64,000 nucleotides of DNA, taken from positions 28,659,130 to 28,723,129 of the forward strand of contig JARFYF010000050.1 of the NCBI GenBank assembly GCA_030265395.1, in the 5' to 3' direction. Made by a program: the position numbers and the translations under genes. The notes below the pieces were generated by a model. The model had not been told where the DNA came from, searched no databases, and saw only the letters and a program-made list of their open reading frames with translations. This document shows, piece by piece, positions 1 to 12,074 of this stretch. How positions within the stretch are numbered: the stretch's first letter is position 1; the number at the start of each line of letters is the position of its first letter. The DNA comes from Rhina ancylostomus. Taxonomy: Eukaryota.

Positions 1-59
1 ATTGTACTTTGGATGCTGCCTATAAGTACATTTATCTTTGGTTTAATCGTTGCAGGGTG

Positions 60-480
60 TCAGGAGAGGCCACCTGAATGCCACCTCTCAGAGCTGATCA
101 TTTTTGAGGGAGAGAAGGGAAGGACAGGGATGATGATAATGAACACAATGTACAACTCAGCACCAACTCAGACACTGCACCATGAGGGGTGAGCAGATTA
201 GAGGGATTCATGCCACAGGGAAGTACACTGGGAAGGAGCAAGCAGCCAGAATGGGGAGTCCACACATCCATACTGCCCCTAGATGCTCATACAAGAACCT
301 CAGTTGGGATTCTCCATGACAAGGCTGATGGGATTCACACTGAGATGGCAGGTGCATCAAGGCCTGTTGCAGGAAATGATGAGGAGCATGGACCCCATCT
401 CAATGCTCTCGAAGGAGGTGGCATGGAGTCAGGAGATCATGACCTCCATTCTGGTGGCTACGTGTGCAAAGACTTGGCAA
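60..480 (+). mobile_element. possible decayed Harbinger/PIF-associated Myb/SANT-like ORF fragment
   Basis: Joining two frames gives RLMG-IHTEMAGA..GLLQEMMRSM, which resembles a chondrichthyan Harbinger accessory-ORF segment as I recall it. Frameshifted, no TIRs seen. Confidence 0.2.
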
Positions 481-1473
481 CAGCCCCGTGGGTTTTGGTT
501 TCAGCTGGTGGGAGGAAGCCACACAATGTCTTTCTTCCTCTATGCAGTCTTATCCTTGCCCATCAAGAGGTCTGACCTCTGCCACACAAGAACAACTTGA
601 AGCACTAAAGGAACAGAGACAGGCTTCCAGGGAGTAACTTGGCAGAATGATGCTGCCCATGAACAGATCAGTGTTCTCATTGAGTATGGTGATGCCACTT
701 GAGAAGCGTAGTCATAGATTCTTACAGCATGAAAATATCCGGCTCACCGTGTCCAAGTCTGCAGTCAGTGGGCATAAGGAGGCTGCCCATGGGCTGTTCT
801 CCAGGAGCAAGGGGATGTTGGACATTTAGAAATATGGCATGGAATCTTTACTGGAGGTTCAGAGACTTGTCCCTTTCTGTGACCCCTCCCTCATCTGACT
901 CTCACCCATCTTCATCATGAACAGAGGCTTGATCACCTCATATTAAGAAGTGACTTCAAAGAGAAATGTGAAGACAGCATGAATGAGACATCTGTGATTG
1001 GGGGATTTTCACCTGACTCGGTTCCTGGTCTGGAGACTAAAGCAAGGCTATAGTGATCAGCAGGTGGTGGACTATTGTGTAGCCCATCCCCTGAGTCATT
1101 TGATGTCAGATTCAGCTCATTGCTTCCCCCATTCATGATGGCACCAATTATAGTTTGAGATTCCTTGTGGATCATCAAAGCAAAGGACGTTCTTCTAGAC
1201 CTTGCACAGGATGTTTGTCTCTGACTTTGTGTGATTTCTATTCACATTTACCAGCTTTATTGGTGTCAAAATTAGCTTGCTGGAGGTTGAACACATGGGT
1301 CCAGAAGGACTTGCTTAACTTTAAATGATTAAGTTGGCAAGATCCTGGTTCAGACAATGCGCTGGAATAGAAACAGATTCCTCTACTTCTCACTTATGCT
1401 TGAAGCATCCCAAAAGACTGCATAAGATTAATTTGGGAGCGATTAAAATGTGAGTGGGAAGTGATGGCTTTGG

Positions 1474-1800
1474 AGTCAAGGAGTCATACAGCATAGAAAT
1501 AGTCCCTTCAGCCCATTGAGTCCATGTTGACTACCAAGCAGCCATTCACACCAATCCTACCCTAATCCCTTTATATTCTCACCACATTCCCATCAACTTC
1601 CCCCTGATTCTACCAATCACCTGCACTGTGAACAATTTAAAGTGTCCATTTAACCTGCTAGCTAACATGCTTTTGGGATATGGGAGGAAACCAGTGCATC
1701 TGGGGAAAACCTATGCAGTCAAGCTGAGAATGTGCACATGTCACANNNNNNNNNNNNNNNGGGTCACTGCTGAATCTACTAACTAAATCCACTGCGCATT
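1474..1800 (-). mobile_element. V-SINE (HE1-like) with CR1/HER1-type 3' tail
   Basis: Antisense CR1 tail (catacagcatagaaatagtcccttcagccc) followed by antisense V-domain (tgggaggaaaccagtgcatctggggaaaacctatgcag). Confidence 0.75.
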
Positions 1801-1849
1801 GTGAGTTCAGCATGTCTGCCTACCATCCTCTGTTTGTATGTGGTTAGTT

Positions 1850-2200
1850 CTTCATTCACGAGACGTGGATGTTACTGGCAATGCCAGCATTCATCGCCAC
1901 TTCATAAATGACTCTGAAGTGAGGAGGCAGCTAAGAGCCAACCACATTGGTGGGCCTAGAGTTAAATACTGGTCATACCAGGTAAGGATGGCAGATTCCT
2001 TACCCTAAAGGGCATTAGTGAACCGGATGGATTTTCACAACAACCTGGTAATTTCATAGTTATGGGTAAAGACACTGGATTTTTATTAAGTTCCAGATTT
2101 TATTTAATTTCTGCTTTGGTGTGATTTTAACACATGTCAGTGCAAATGGTCCATGATTCTGGCTTTTGGTCTTGTAACTTCACATTGTACTATTGCACCA
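1850..2200 (-). mobile_element. tRNA-derived SINE (SlmI/Meta-domain-like central region)
   Basis: ccaggtaaggatggcagattccttaccctaaagggcattagtgaacc core. Homologous copies at 14170, 39045, 51500 and 53215. Confidence 0.7.
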
Positions 2201-2659
2201 TAAAAAAGCACAGAAAAAATGAACTTGAAATGCACTAATATTTCTGAATGCTGAAACTGCACTGGCACACTCGGAGTGGTGACTTTGACTCTTGAAATAT
2301 TTTAACTGCTTTCATTATTTTCGTTTTGTTTTGGTAGGTTCACTCTCATCTCTCTGAAGCATACTGCCTTACTGTTTATGGTCCTTCTGCTGCCTTAATC
2401 AAGTGACCAACTTTCACTTGAAAGCACTGAAGGCAAATGATAGCATTTTACTGAAGTATGGGAGTAGGGGTTCGGGGATGGGCTGGGGTTATACTTGGCC
2501 CCATTTTCACTAGATGTGCACAAATATCTGCAGGCTAGCAGACCTCTGGATGATCTGTTCAGCCACGTGTCATTAGAATGAACAGATGATTCATCCTGTG
2601 TCTCACCCTTCCCTTTAAGTATATTTCTGAAATGTGGTCATTGTTATAATGTAGGACAT

Positions 2660-2940
2660 TTGCCCATTGCAAACTCCCACAAACAGCAATGTGAAGTGAC
2701 CAGATAATCTGCTATAATAACATTGACTGAGGAATAAATATTGGCCAAGACAGCAGTGAAAACACTTGTCCATTTTTGGAATAGTGCCCTGGGATCTTTC
2801 TTGCCACCTTAGAGAGCAGATATCTCATCCACTAAATGGCACCTCTAACAAAGTTGCATTGGAAGATCAGCCGAGATTTCTGTTCCTAAATCTCTGGATT
2901 GGGACGTCTGATTCAAAGGTGAGAGTGTTACCTACTGATA
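2660..2940 (-). mobile_element. DeuSINE (SacSINE1/AmnSINE1-like)
   Basis: cccacaaacagcaatgtg..ccagataatctg..aataaatattggccaagac..aatagtgccctgggatctt, the antisense Deu-domain pattern. Confidence 0.75.
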
Positions 2941-3079
2941 GTTTTCAATGAACAGCAATCAAATTACTGAATCCCAACAGGCCAATTTTCAAAATCTACA
3001 AGCACAAGCAATTTAAGTGGTTGACATTTTCTCATTAATATTCATTTAACTTACACATCTTGGAACTGTTCTTCAACAT

Positions 3080-3560
3080 TACTGTGGCAAAAAAAAACAA
3101 GTTGGAAAAACACCCACATAATCAAATCCATAAGGTATTGTAATCCAAACAGCAAACTTCAAACAGTATTGGTGTGAGAGCTAGTTTTTTATTCAGTCAT
3201 AACAAATGAGAATCCAATCTTGCAGTTGAAACTGACAACCTTTGGGGAATTGACACTGAGCAGAGCGAAATCTATTTGGTTGCAGGTGTATTGCATAAAG
3301 TGTTGAAGCTATTCAATGATGGTGAGCTGGAAGTGAAGGACAAAAGGCCTCAGTGTCTCCCCTCATCATCACATTGACCCTTGATGGGATGCATTTTCAT
3401 CTCTGATGTCATCTCCTTCAAGTAAAGATCCTTTACATTTCAACTGAGATAATGCATGTTGAGGTGCTTTTTAGAAGCCACAAATTTCTCCACATAATCA
3501 TCCAGAGTTGCTACTGTGAAGTTCAAATGTGAAAAGTCTGACAGGTTGTTCCTGTAATGT
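3080..3560 (-). mobile_element. ancient Tx1/L1-clade ORF2 C-terminal relic
   Basis: Minus frame YVEKFVASKKHLNMHYLS*NVKDLYL..MHPI..SSPSLN resembles the post-RT region of fish Tx1 ORF2 (FVEKF..W..SSPELSN). Contains stops. Confidence 0.35.
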
Positions 3561-3789
3561 TCTCCACCCCAACACATTCTTTTAAACAGGGGTCAGCAGA
3601 TAGAATTAGGAATCTTTAATGCTTTCTCTTCCTGACCCAGAGTCACACTAGGCTCTCCGATGGCACCAAAACCAATAATTGCACAGATTTGAGCCTTGAA
3701 CATCCTGATATGTTAGACTGTGTCCCATTAAGCTTTCCTGTTATTAACTGTATAGTGTAGTGTTCCTTAAATCTTGCCTGACTTGTGCT

Positions 3790-3910
3790 AATGACTTAGA
3801 TAAGGGCAGGAAGGTAGAATTGATGTTGAAGGTTGGCCTTGATCTTCCTGAATGGCAGATGGACCCTTTGGATTGAATGATCAACTCCTACACCTATTTC
3901 TTGCTATGTT
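3790..3910 (+). mobile_element. CR1 LINE 3' UTR fragment
   Basis: ggccttgatcttcctgaatggcag..gaatgatcaactcctacacctatttcttg tail motif. Confidence 0.6.
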
Positions 3911-4927
3911 CAACTGGATCATGGCTGTGCCTCTGGGATTAGACTGGTTATAAGCCTAGAATTTCTGACAGCCGTTGCCATCATGTTGAGGCAGATAGAT
4001 CAGATTGAAATGGGGAAGCTGAGCCTGGGAAATAGGGAAATCATTCTTGACACCATTTGGTTCAAGTTAAAAACCTATTATCTTTTTGGAAATTATTTAT
4101 ATTATGCTGATTACTGCAGAGCAATTGATCATTCTGTAATCAGTTGTGCTAGTCTGTAGCTCCCTTTACTTCTCCATTCCACCTCCGCTGCATTAGTCGT
4201 ACTTACTGCCAGGAACATGTGTGCAGTGTTTGAAGCTAATAAGTGAACAATTGAACGAAGAGGGCAAAAGGCTCTCATGCACTGAAATTGCAAAGGCGTT
4301 GATGATGGAAAACATGTTGGATAACCTATTAACATCCAGAACATTTAACTTAGTGCCTTCAGCCCCCACTATCATTTCCAGAAGGAAATTCCACAGGTAG
4401 CAATGAAGACTAGGGAGTCAGTGGAATGACTCACATTGAATTTATGTCAACAGAAACCACCCAAAGAATACATAAATTCCAGGCCATTGTTATCAGAGGC
4501 AGTGAAAATTGTACTAAAGTAATACAGTAAAATTCCAACAAATATCAGCTGCAATTAAGTAAATATTTTTAACATTTATCTAAATTTTTGAGTTTTTATT
4601 TGGATTAAGGAGACAATATTGGAAAAGTCTCATTATTTGGAAAAGTCTCTTGAATGTTACTTTATCCAGCTTCTGCACAACAACACCTTGAATCTATTCA
4701 TTGGTCAGACATTCCATTGTGTAGGGTGGATTTTGCTGGGTCTGATCTCTGCTTGCCCCTTGTGTTTTTGCCACCGTTACCTTTACCTTCTGTGTCCTTA
4801 TTAGATGGATGAATCTGGAGACCTGAAGTCTCAGCCATCCTGTGAAGCAGTGTGGGCCACCAGCAGACCCTGAGGTCAATGGCTTTTTAAAAATGGCCTA
4901 TTTTCATGATTTTAAATATCTCTGCTA

Positions 4928-5063
4928 CTGAAAATGCTTATAAAAGAGAGTCCATTTTAAAATTTGTTGGCAAGATTCATTGGTCCAGTCATTATAATAG
5001 GCAGGCACGGTAGTGTAGCAGTTAGCGTAACACTACTAAAGTGCCAGTGATCCAGGTTCATTT
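4928..5063. repeat. inverted copy of 5887-6022 (unique flank plus SINE 5' head)
   Basis: tccattttaaaatttgttggcaagattcattggtccag matches the reverse complement of ctggagcaatgaatcttcccaacaaattttaaaatgga. Homology continues into the SINE head. Confidence 0.9.
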
Positions 5064-5317
5064 CTAGCAGAAGCATTTTGAAACAGTTTAAGCTTTTACA
5101 TTAGAAAAAGGTAAAAGTTGTTAAAAAATACACTTAAAAAATAACATAAAGTGAAATAAAGAAAACTGTGTATCAAGTGTCAGTGACCATGGCCAAATGT
5201 GTAGGGTGGCACTGTTGACAATTGCCTAGTGAATGCAGCTTTGTTCTATTGAATGGGACCAGGAGCTTTGGCACCCAAAAGTGACACAGACTCCCCTTCC
5301 TTCAGCTGATAGTAGTC

Positions 5318-5520
5318 GTAGAATCATCAAAATGTACGGCACGGAAAACAGGCCTTTGGCCCACCTCCTCCACACCAAACACACACCCATCTATGCTAAT
5401 CCCACTTGCCTGCATTAGGACCATATCCCTCTACATCTTTCCGATCTAAGTACCTGTCTTTTTTCACGACCCTATCCACCTGTGTCACCACTTTCAGAGA
5501 CTCTGGACTTGCCTCCCAAG
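5318..5520 (-). mobile_element. CR1/HER1 LINE 3' end fragment
   Basis: ggcacggaaaacaggcctttggcccac..cctgcattaggaccatatccctcta. Confidence 0.7.
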
Positions 5521-5540
5521 TTCTCTCTGTATGTTATTTT

Positions 5541-5951
5541 ATAAGATTTAAGAATTTTTTTATTAGTCACATGTACATCNNNNNNNNNNNNNNNNNNNNN
5601 NNNNNNNNNNNNNNNNNNNNNNNNNNNNNNNNNNNNNNNNNNNNNNNNNNNNNNNNNNNNNNNNNNNNNNNNNNNNNNNACATCGAAACAGATAGTGAAA
5701 TGCATCTTTTTTGCGTAGGATATTCTGGGGGCAGCCTGCAAGTGTCTCCATGCTTCCGGCTCCAACATAGCATGCCCACAATTTCCTAACCCATACGTCT
5801 CTGGAATGTGGGAGGAGACTGGAGCACCCGGAGGAAACCCACCCAGACACGGGGAGAACGTACAAACTCCTTACAGACAGTGACCAAAATTGAACCTGGG
5901 TTGCTGGTGCTGTAAAAGCATTATGCTAACCACTACACTACCATGCCTGTC
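5541..5951 (-). mobile_element. V-SINE with Rex1-type tail (relatively young)
   Basis: ggaatgtgggaggagactggagcacccggaggaaacccacccagacacggggagaacgtacaaactcc V-domain; tRNA-like head at ~5885-5951. Confidence 0.85.
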
Positions 5952-6392
5952 CATTAAAATTACTGGAGCAATGAATCTTCCCAACAAATTTTAAAATGGA
6001 TCCTCTTTAGTAGCATTTTCAGACTACTGTGCTGTTGGCTGTTTCTGGAATAAGTCTCTCCCTATTCTCCTCAGTACACTGCCATTAATCTTAATTTGTA
6101 TAATGTAGTAACATCTCAGTTGGCATATAGCATTCTGTAGCCAAGGAGGCCTCTGGTGGAACCCCAGAGCATCACTGACTTAACACAGAGGACACAATAT
6201 TGGCCATTACCAAAAAGTGAATTAAATACATAAAGATGAAGTGAAATTAAGAAAATGAAACAAACCAGTTACCTGTATATCAAGGTGGGTGACCCCAGGC
6301 AAATCTGTAGGCTGGAGTTACTTATGCCAGTCCTCGTTCATCCAACCCCTCAGCTCACAGCTATGTTCACCGATGGACTTGGTGCTGAATAT

Positions 6393-6510
6393 CAAAATAA
6401 AAACTGTGGATGGTGGAAATCTGAAACATAAACAGAAAATGCTGGGAATACTCAGTAGTTCCGGCAGCAACCGTGGAAAGAGAAACAGGTCCAGGGTTTC
6501 AGGTTTCAGG
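6393..6510 (-). mobile_element. Penelope-type terminal repeat fragment
   Basis: gatggtggaaatctgaaacataaacagaaaatgctgggaatactcag..ggcagca, homologous to the copies at 17881, 29122 and 48968. Confidence 0.55.
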
Positions 6511-7324
6511 TTGAAGTGTTGAGTCAGGTGCTGGAGCTGGAGGTCAGATCCACCCACGGCTGAACTCCAGCTGACTTCTGCCTTTTAATTCACAGGCATG
6601 GGAGCCAGTGATGAGCTGATCCAAGAGAAGGATGCTTCTGGTGGCTCTCCAAAGAATCACTGGCCAGAGGTGAATATGTTTTGGCCCAGTGTTTGTGTGC
6701 ATTAGGTGAGAGGCAGTTATGGGCTGCTGAATATTTGTTTAAGGTCCTCCTTGTGTTTAACAAGCATGTGCACAAGGTCACTAAGGAGGGAGAGTGTGTC
6801 AAATGGCAGTAATTTGACGTCACTGTCATCAAATTATCCTGTGCCAGTGAGGCAGAAAACTTCTGCTGAACTTTGCAGAGTGAACANNNNNNNNNNNNNN
6901 NNNNNNNNNNNNNNNNNNNNNNNNNNNNNNNNNNNNNNNNNNNNNNNNNNNNNNNNNNNNNNNNNNNNNNNNNNNNNNNNNNNNNNNNNNNNNNNNNNNN
7001 NNNNNNNNNNNNNNNNNNNNNNNNNNNNNNNNNNNNNNNNNNNNNNNNNNNNNNNNNNNNNNNNNNNNNNNNNNNNNNNNNNNNNNNNNNNNNNNNNNNN
7101 NNNNNNNNNNNNNNNNNNNNNNNNNNNNNNNNNNNNNNNNNNNNNNNNNTTCACCCGACCCATGAGCCACACCCCTCTGTCCCACCAACTGATCCCCTAT
7201 ATTCCCTCTGCCCAAACCTCACCCTCCTGATCACTGATCCCACATCTCACCAGCAAAGCATCCACCCCCATCAATTTGCTACCTGGCTGACTCCCTCCAC
7301 AAACTCTGTAGCTTGTTGACAATG

Positions 7325-7495
7325 GATCATTGGAAGTATTTAAAGTGGAGGTGGATTAATATTTGATAGATCGAAGAATAGAGGGGTATGGAGAAATGGC
7401 TCATAGGAGGCCAACGTTGATCAACCAGGATCGGACTGAATGCAGTGCAGGCTTGAGGGGTGTGATGGCCTGCTCCTGCTCTGATTTTCTTGTTA
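7325..7495 (+). mobile_element. CR1 LINE 3' end
   Basis: tatttaaagtggaggtgg..ggggtatggag..gcaggcttgaggggtgtgatggcctgctcctgctc. Confidence 0.75.
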
Positions 7496-7897
7496 GCTTG
7501 AGTCCTTGCATGAACATACATTTCAGCATATCCTATTGCATGGACCTTCTAATTGTTATCAGTGCATGTGGGACCATCAGCTGATGATAGGACTGAGCAC
7601 AGATACAATATTCCATTCTCCAAATTCCCCACAAACACCATTGAGCTTCAGATATGAATAACAGTGGCCATGGGGTGGAGCTGGAAGATGATTGAAATTA
7701 TTAGCCAGAGAGGAGGAAACTGAAGAGACAATATGTAAGTGACTAGACATGTACAGACTCTGTGACCTGTAATCTAACTGCAGACCTTCAGACTGCTGAG
7801 CCATTCATTAATGGGATTAATGCTATTCAGTCATATTTTCACATCAGTCATCTGTTTTCATCATTCCCTGCTTTTGTCTTATCTGTTTCCATCTGTT

Positions 7898-7928
7898 GTT
7901 GCCGTGGGGACCGGTCTCCTGCGGCGAC
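7898..7928. promoter_or_regulatory. tandem RFX X-box-like sites in a candidate conserved non-coding element
   Basis: GTTGCCGTGGGGAC-cg-GTCTCCTGCGGCGAC; 4 CpG in 31 bp. Confidence 0.4.
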
Positions 7929-9939
7929 AGCTACAAAGGCTTGAGTTTCAATCAGAGTGCCCTGAATTGTATGCATGCATTACTTATCATGTGATGGATG
8001 TATGTAGGTGTTGAGCAGGTGGGATAGGCAACCTGCCTTTGCCAAGTCCAGAAACATTAATTGGAAATGAAAAGGGAAGGTGACTTGATTTTGGAAAATG
8101 TTTTGTAGGAATTAATCAAATGTCCAAATAATTAAAACATTCGAAGTTGTTTAATTGAATTCTTTCTCTTGGCTGTCTGGGCCTGTATCTTTCTCTCCAA
8201 AAGCCCAGACTGGATGCTGTATTGACAGTCCTCTGCCATTTTAGTTCAGTTTCTCTGATGTCCAGATAGGCATTGTCACACCAGATATCTTCAGTTTTGC
8301 CAGGGTCAGAACCCAGAATCTTTAGAATGCTAAGGACAAAAATAACTTATGAGTCATCCAAAATTAAAGGAACATGTTTAAGAGATCAAAATTCAATGAT
8401 TTAACCACCTGTTAAACTGTAATTACAGAGCACACATATAATACGCAATGGGAAATAAGCAAGTTTACATCATCAGTTTTGAATTTCCATTGATCCCAAC
8501 TGGACTCAGGCTGCTTATTTTGAGAGCTGAAAGAGATTTGAAAATCAAGTCTTAAAAGTCAAAGTTACTTAGAAATGCAGCTTATCTCATGAAAAGAGTT
8601 CTTCAAAAGCTGCAACCTTTAATCATATTTATAATCATCCTTCCATTCAATTTTAGAATTCTAGTTAATGACACAATTCCACTGTGCATTTGATGGAAAT
8701 CATGTGATACCTTCCCCTGTATGCAAGGCTTTGGAATTGCAATTTGTACTTGAACAATAACAAAAGCGACAGCTCATCATAAAGACGCTCCAGAGCAGAA
8801 GATTAACCTTGGCGTTAATTAAAGTGTATTTTAATTAATTTGATGAACATTTCCAAGACCTGTGGTTTTCAAATTTGCTTTTCAGGCAACAGACTTTCAC
8901 CAAATGATTCACCCATACAACCTGACAATAGTAACAAGTTCCCCAGTTTGTGGATCAGAGCTTAATTAAAGAGGCAGCAATTAAAACCCAATTTTTACCA
9001 TCCCATGGCTCACCTGAGGATCATGCCCCTCCTTTGAAAACCAATGTCCCAGACAGTTCTCAGCCATTACAACCACTGTTCCAGCTGTAATAAGCAGAAG
9101 TCGATTTTTAATGCAATAGCTACCCTCAGCTTTTCTGGAAAAATCAGACTTCCCATGCCTAAAACATCAGAATTTATTTACAACAGTGCGTGACAAAGTA
9201 CGTGATGTCTGCTGCAGTGGGAGGTGGTGGGGTTGGAGCTGGAGAAAGGGGTGGGTGATTATGGATATGATCGTTTGAATTGATGTTCAGCATATTTTTG
9301 ACTTGTGCTTCTGTGTATTGTAATGCAGAATTGGAGATGCACTGGAGATTGGATGTTGGTGCATCTCACCTCCTGCTCTACTGTTAGATCTGTTACTGGG
9401 TCCAGTGGTGGTTCTGCACTGTACTGAACTGAGGAACCAGGTGCATTTTGCTTCACTCCAGCCCTGCAAAAAGCTCATTAATTTGAATGGCATTGCTGAC
9501 CTTCATTAAAAAGAAACATTCAGATTAAGCTTTTTGTTCTTTTATTTTACTTTACACATTTTTCATTAAATCAAAGTAGTTTAATGTATTTTTAACTAAT
9601 TATTTTTTTAAGTTGCCAAAGGCTGATATGATGGTGTGAAGATCAGGGCCTCAGATTCTGCTGCCTGAGGCCCATTCACCATGTGACCCACTCACCCTCA
9701 TGGAAGGGACACAGCGAGAGGAATTCAATGCATTCTAAGTTGCTGCAGGACTGAGAGTGAGTGTGGGAATAGCATGGTGCGAGCAGCAGTTTGGATTAAG
9801 CGTAATTGGCCTATTATAAAGTTAAGAGAAAGGAACAGTAAGAATAAAGGTCAGAGAATAAAAAATAACATGCTGAGAGATTAGAGTGGTTGCAGGGAAT
9901 AGCAAACTACTGATAAACTAATAAATCTGGTATAATGAA

Positions 9940-10380
9940 AAATAATATTAAAACTCATATCTAACAATGCACAGAGCATCAGCAACAAGTGGAGAAATAT
10001 GTAACAGTAGTTAGAGAAAACAGGTGATAGGTATAATGCAAACATGGCTGGTGAAAAAAATCAAGGTTGGCAATTGAATATTGCAGACTACAGAGTATCA
10101 AGAATTGAGAGGGAAGGAAGGAAAGATGTGAGTCATATTAAACTAAAGAATATTATGGCCATAACAAGGAAAGGCATAAATAACAAAGGCAACAAAACAG
10201 AATCTACATGGGTTGAGATAAAGCACAAGGTGAATGGCGATGGCATTGGGAGGCCATTACAGATCATCAACCAGTGCAAAGGAAGTGGGTGCAAATTGGG
10301 TTAAATATAAAAAGAGTAAAAAATATACTGATTGTTAGTAGGGATTTTACCTCCCCCACTAATCTTCCAATTCCAAGAAA
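9940..10380 (+). mobile_element. CR1 LINE ORF2 APE endonuclease relic
   Basis: NAQSISNK..TWL..QGWQLNIADYR..ESTWVEIK..IVSRDF matches CR1 APE motifs (NARSI.NK, ETWL, ESIWVE, GDFN). Confidence 0.8.
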
Positions 10381-10599
10381 ATACATGGAGATTTTATTAT
10401 GTGTAAGTCTCCATTCACAGAATCACATACCAGTACAGTCTGATGGGTGTCAATCTGTGCATTGAAGTTTTGGTGTCTCTTTTGAAGAGTGATCCACCCA
10501 CACCCCATATCCCTCACAGCCCTCTGCTTGTACCAAATATACTTTTATATTTATAAATATAACTTGTATTTTGTTATTATTTCATTATTTTTCCAATTT

Positions 10600-12060
10600 C
10601 TTTCTGAAGGTTAAGCTGTTGGATTTGTATCCAGCAGCCTATCAGGTAGCTCATTCCAAATCTGAATCACTTGTTGCCTTAAAAAGATTTTCCTCAGTCA
10701 TCTTTGTTTTGTCAATCAACCATAATCTGCACCCTTGCAATATCAACACTCGACCTATTGGTAACAAATTTTCTTTCTTTATTAAAATCCTTTATAATTT
10801 TAAACTCAAATCTAACCTTATCTTTGCCTGCTCCAAGGTAATTACCCCAGCTCTCCAGTCTCTCGACATAAACGTAATCCCCCATGCTTGGAACCATTCC
10901 AATAAATCTCCTTATGTACCATCTAAAAAGCTTCACATCCTTCCCATAGTGTGATGCTCAGAATTGAATACAGAACTTCCAGGACCAAACTGATATTTTA
11001 AGTAGGTTTAGCTGAACTTCCCAGCTTTTGTACTGTATGGTTTCATTTATAAAGCCCAAATTCCTATAGGCTTTATTAGCTGCTTTTTAACTCGCTCTGG
11101 CCCTTCAACGATTTGTACATCTGCACCAAGTTTGTATCTTGCACCCCTTTTGAAATTGTGCAGTTTAGTGTACTTTGTCTCTTCTCATTCTTCCTACCAA
11201 ACTGGATCTTCACACTTTTCCATGTTCAATTTCATCTGCCATTTGTCTGTCACCCAGAATGTAGCAAATCTTCAGAATTCTCTACCTGAGGGCTGGTCTC
11301 AATATGTTTTTGAATGTTGTATGCATCTGTATACCGCAAGAAAGTGATATTCTGGTAAAAAAAATCAGCCATGGATGTGGTACAGCCATGAGGGGCTGAA
11401 TGGACTACACCTGCTTCCATTTCTTAAATTCTTGTATTGATTGCATTCAATTTTCTATACCCGCTTTGAATCTAATAACATTTATCACTTCGTCAGCAAA
11501 GTTTGAAGTTGTGCCGTGATCTGCATAGGTCCAAGTTATTGTTGTATATTGAAAGCAGCTGTAAGACCAGCACTAAAATTGAGAACTCAGCTATCTACTG
11601 TCCTCCAGTCCTTCAATCCTTTCATCCCAACTCTTGTTTACGATGCCTTAGTCCATTTTATTTCCATATTCCATCTGACTCATGAACCTCAATTGTATTA
11701 CAAGCCTATTTTGCAGTATATAATTAAATGCTTTCTGAAAGTCCACATACACAGTGCATTGCCCTCATCTACCCTTTTTGTTGCATCATCAAAAACCTAC
11801 AATGACATTCATCAAATACCACTTGCCCTTAACTAATCTCTACTGGGGTGCCTCTCTTTTATTTGTCCATGCTTGTCCAAGTAACTATTGATTTTCTTAT
11901 GAATTATTATTTTTAAAAGCTTTCACATCGCAAGACTAGAGTGCCCTGCAACTGGACAGGTTAATTGTGTCTTCTTTTGAATAAAGCTTGCAATCTTCCA
12001 AGCATTTGGCATTATAGTATAATCTCAGAGGAATTTAGAGATTGTAGCCAGCACCTCCGC
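10600..12060 (-). mobile_element. CR1 LINE RT domain and C-terminal relic (interrupted by a CR1 tail at ~11365-11440)
   Basis: RRFIGMVPSMGDYVYVERLE..FKIIKDF resembles CR1 QRRFTRMIPG..YEERL..FKIMKGFD; tgtggactttcagaaagcattt encodes VDFQKAF. Confidence 0.8.
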
Positions 12061-12074
12061 AAATTTTGACTTGT

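Noticed and set aside
189-1178. Cluster of 60-128 aa ORFs
   Set aside because: Overlapping frames, no domain, no splice support; at best a decayed transposon.
4619-4651. Short direct duplications (ttggaaaagtctc x2; similar at ~14122 and ~16444)
   Set aside because: Two-copy slippage events; not a CRISPR-like or functional array.
5000-5063. tRNA-like sequence with A/B-box similarity
   Set aside because: It is the tRNA-derived head of a V-SINE; no full cloverleaf.
6600-6665. GTGATGA with flanking ccagtgat/atcactgg stem suggesting a C/D snoRNA
   Set aside because: No terminal CTGA D box at the required position, and the stem overlaps the C box.
5406-7319. ORFs containing long X runs (also at 17.7, 23.3, 32.1, 33.5 and 38.8 kb)
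   Set aside because: Open only because they cross N gaps.
9334-9367. gagatgcac/gtgcatctc stem-loop
   Set aside because: Only a 9-10 bp stem; too short for a pre-miRNA and expected by chance.
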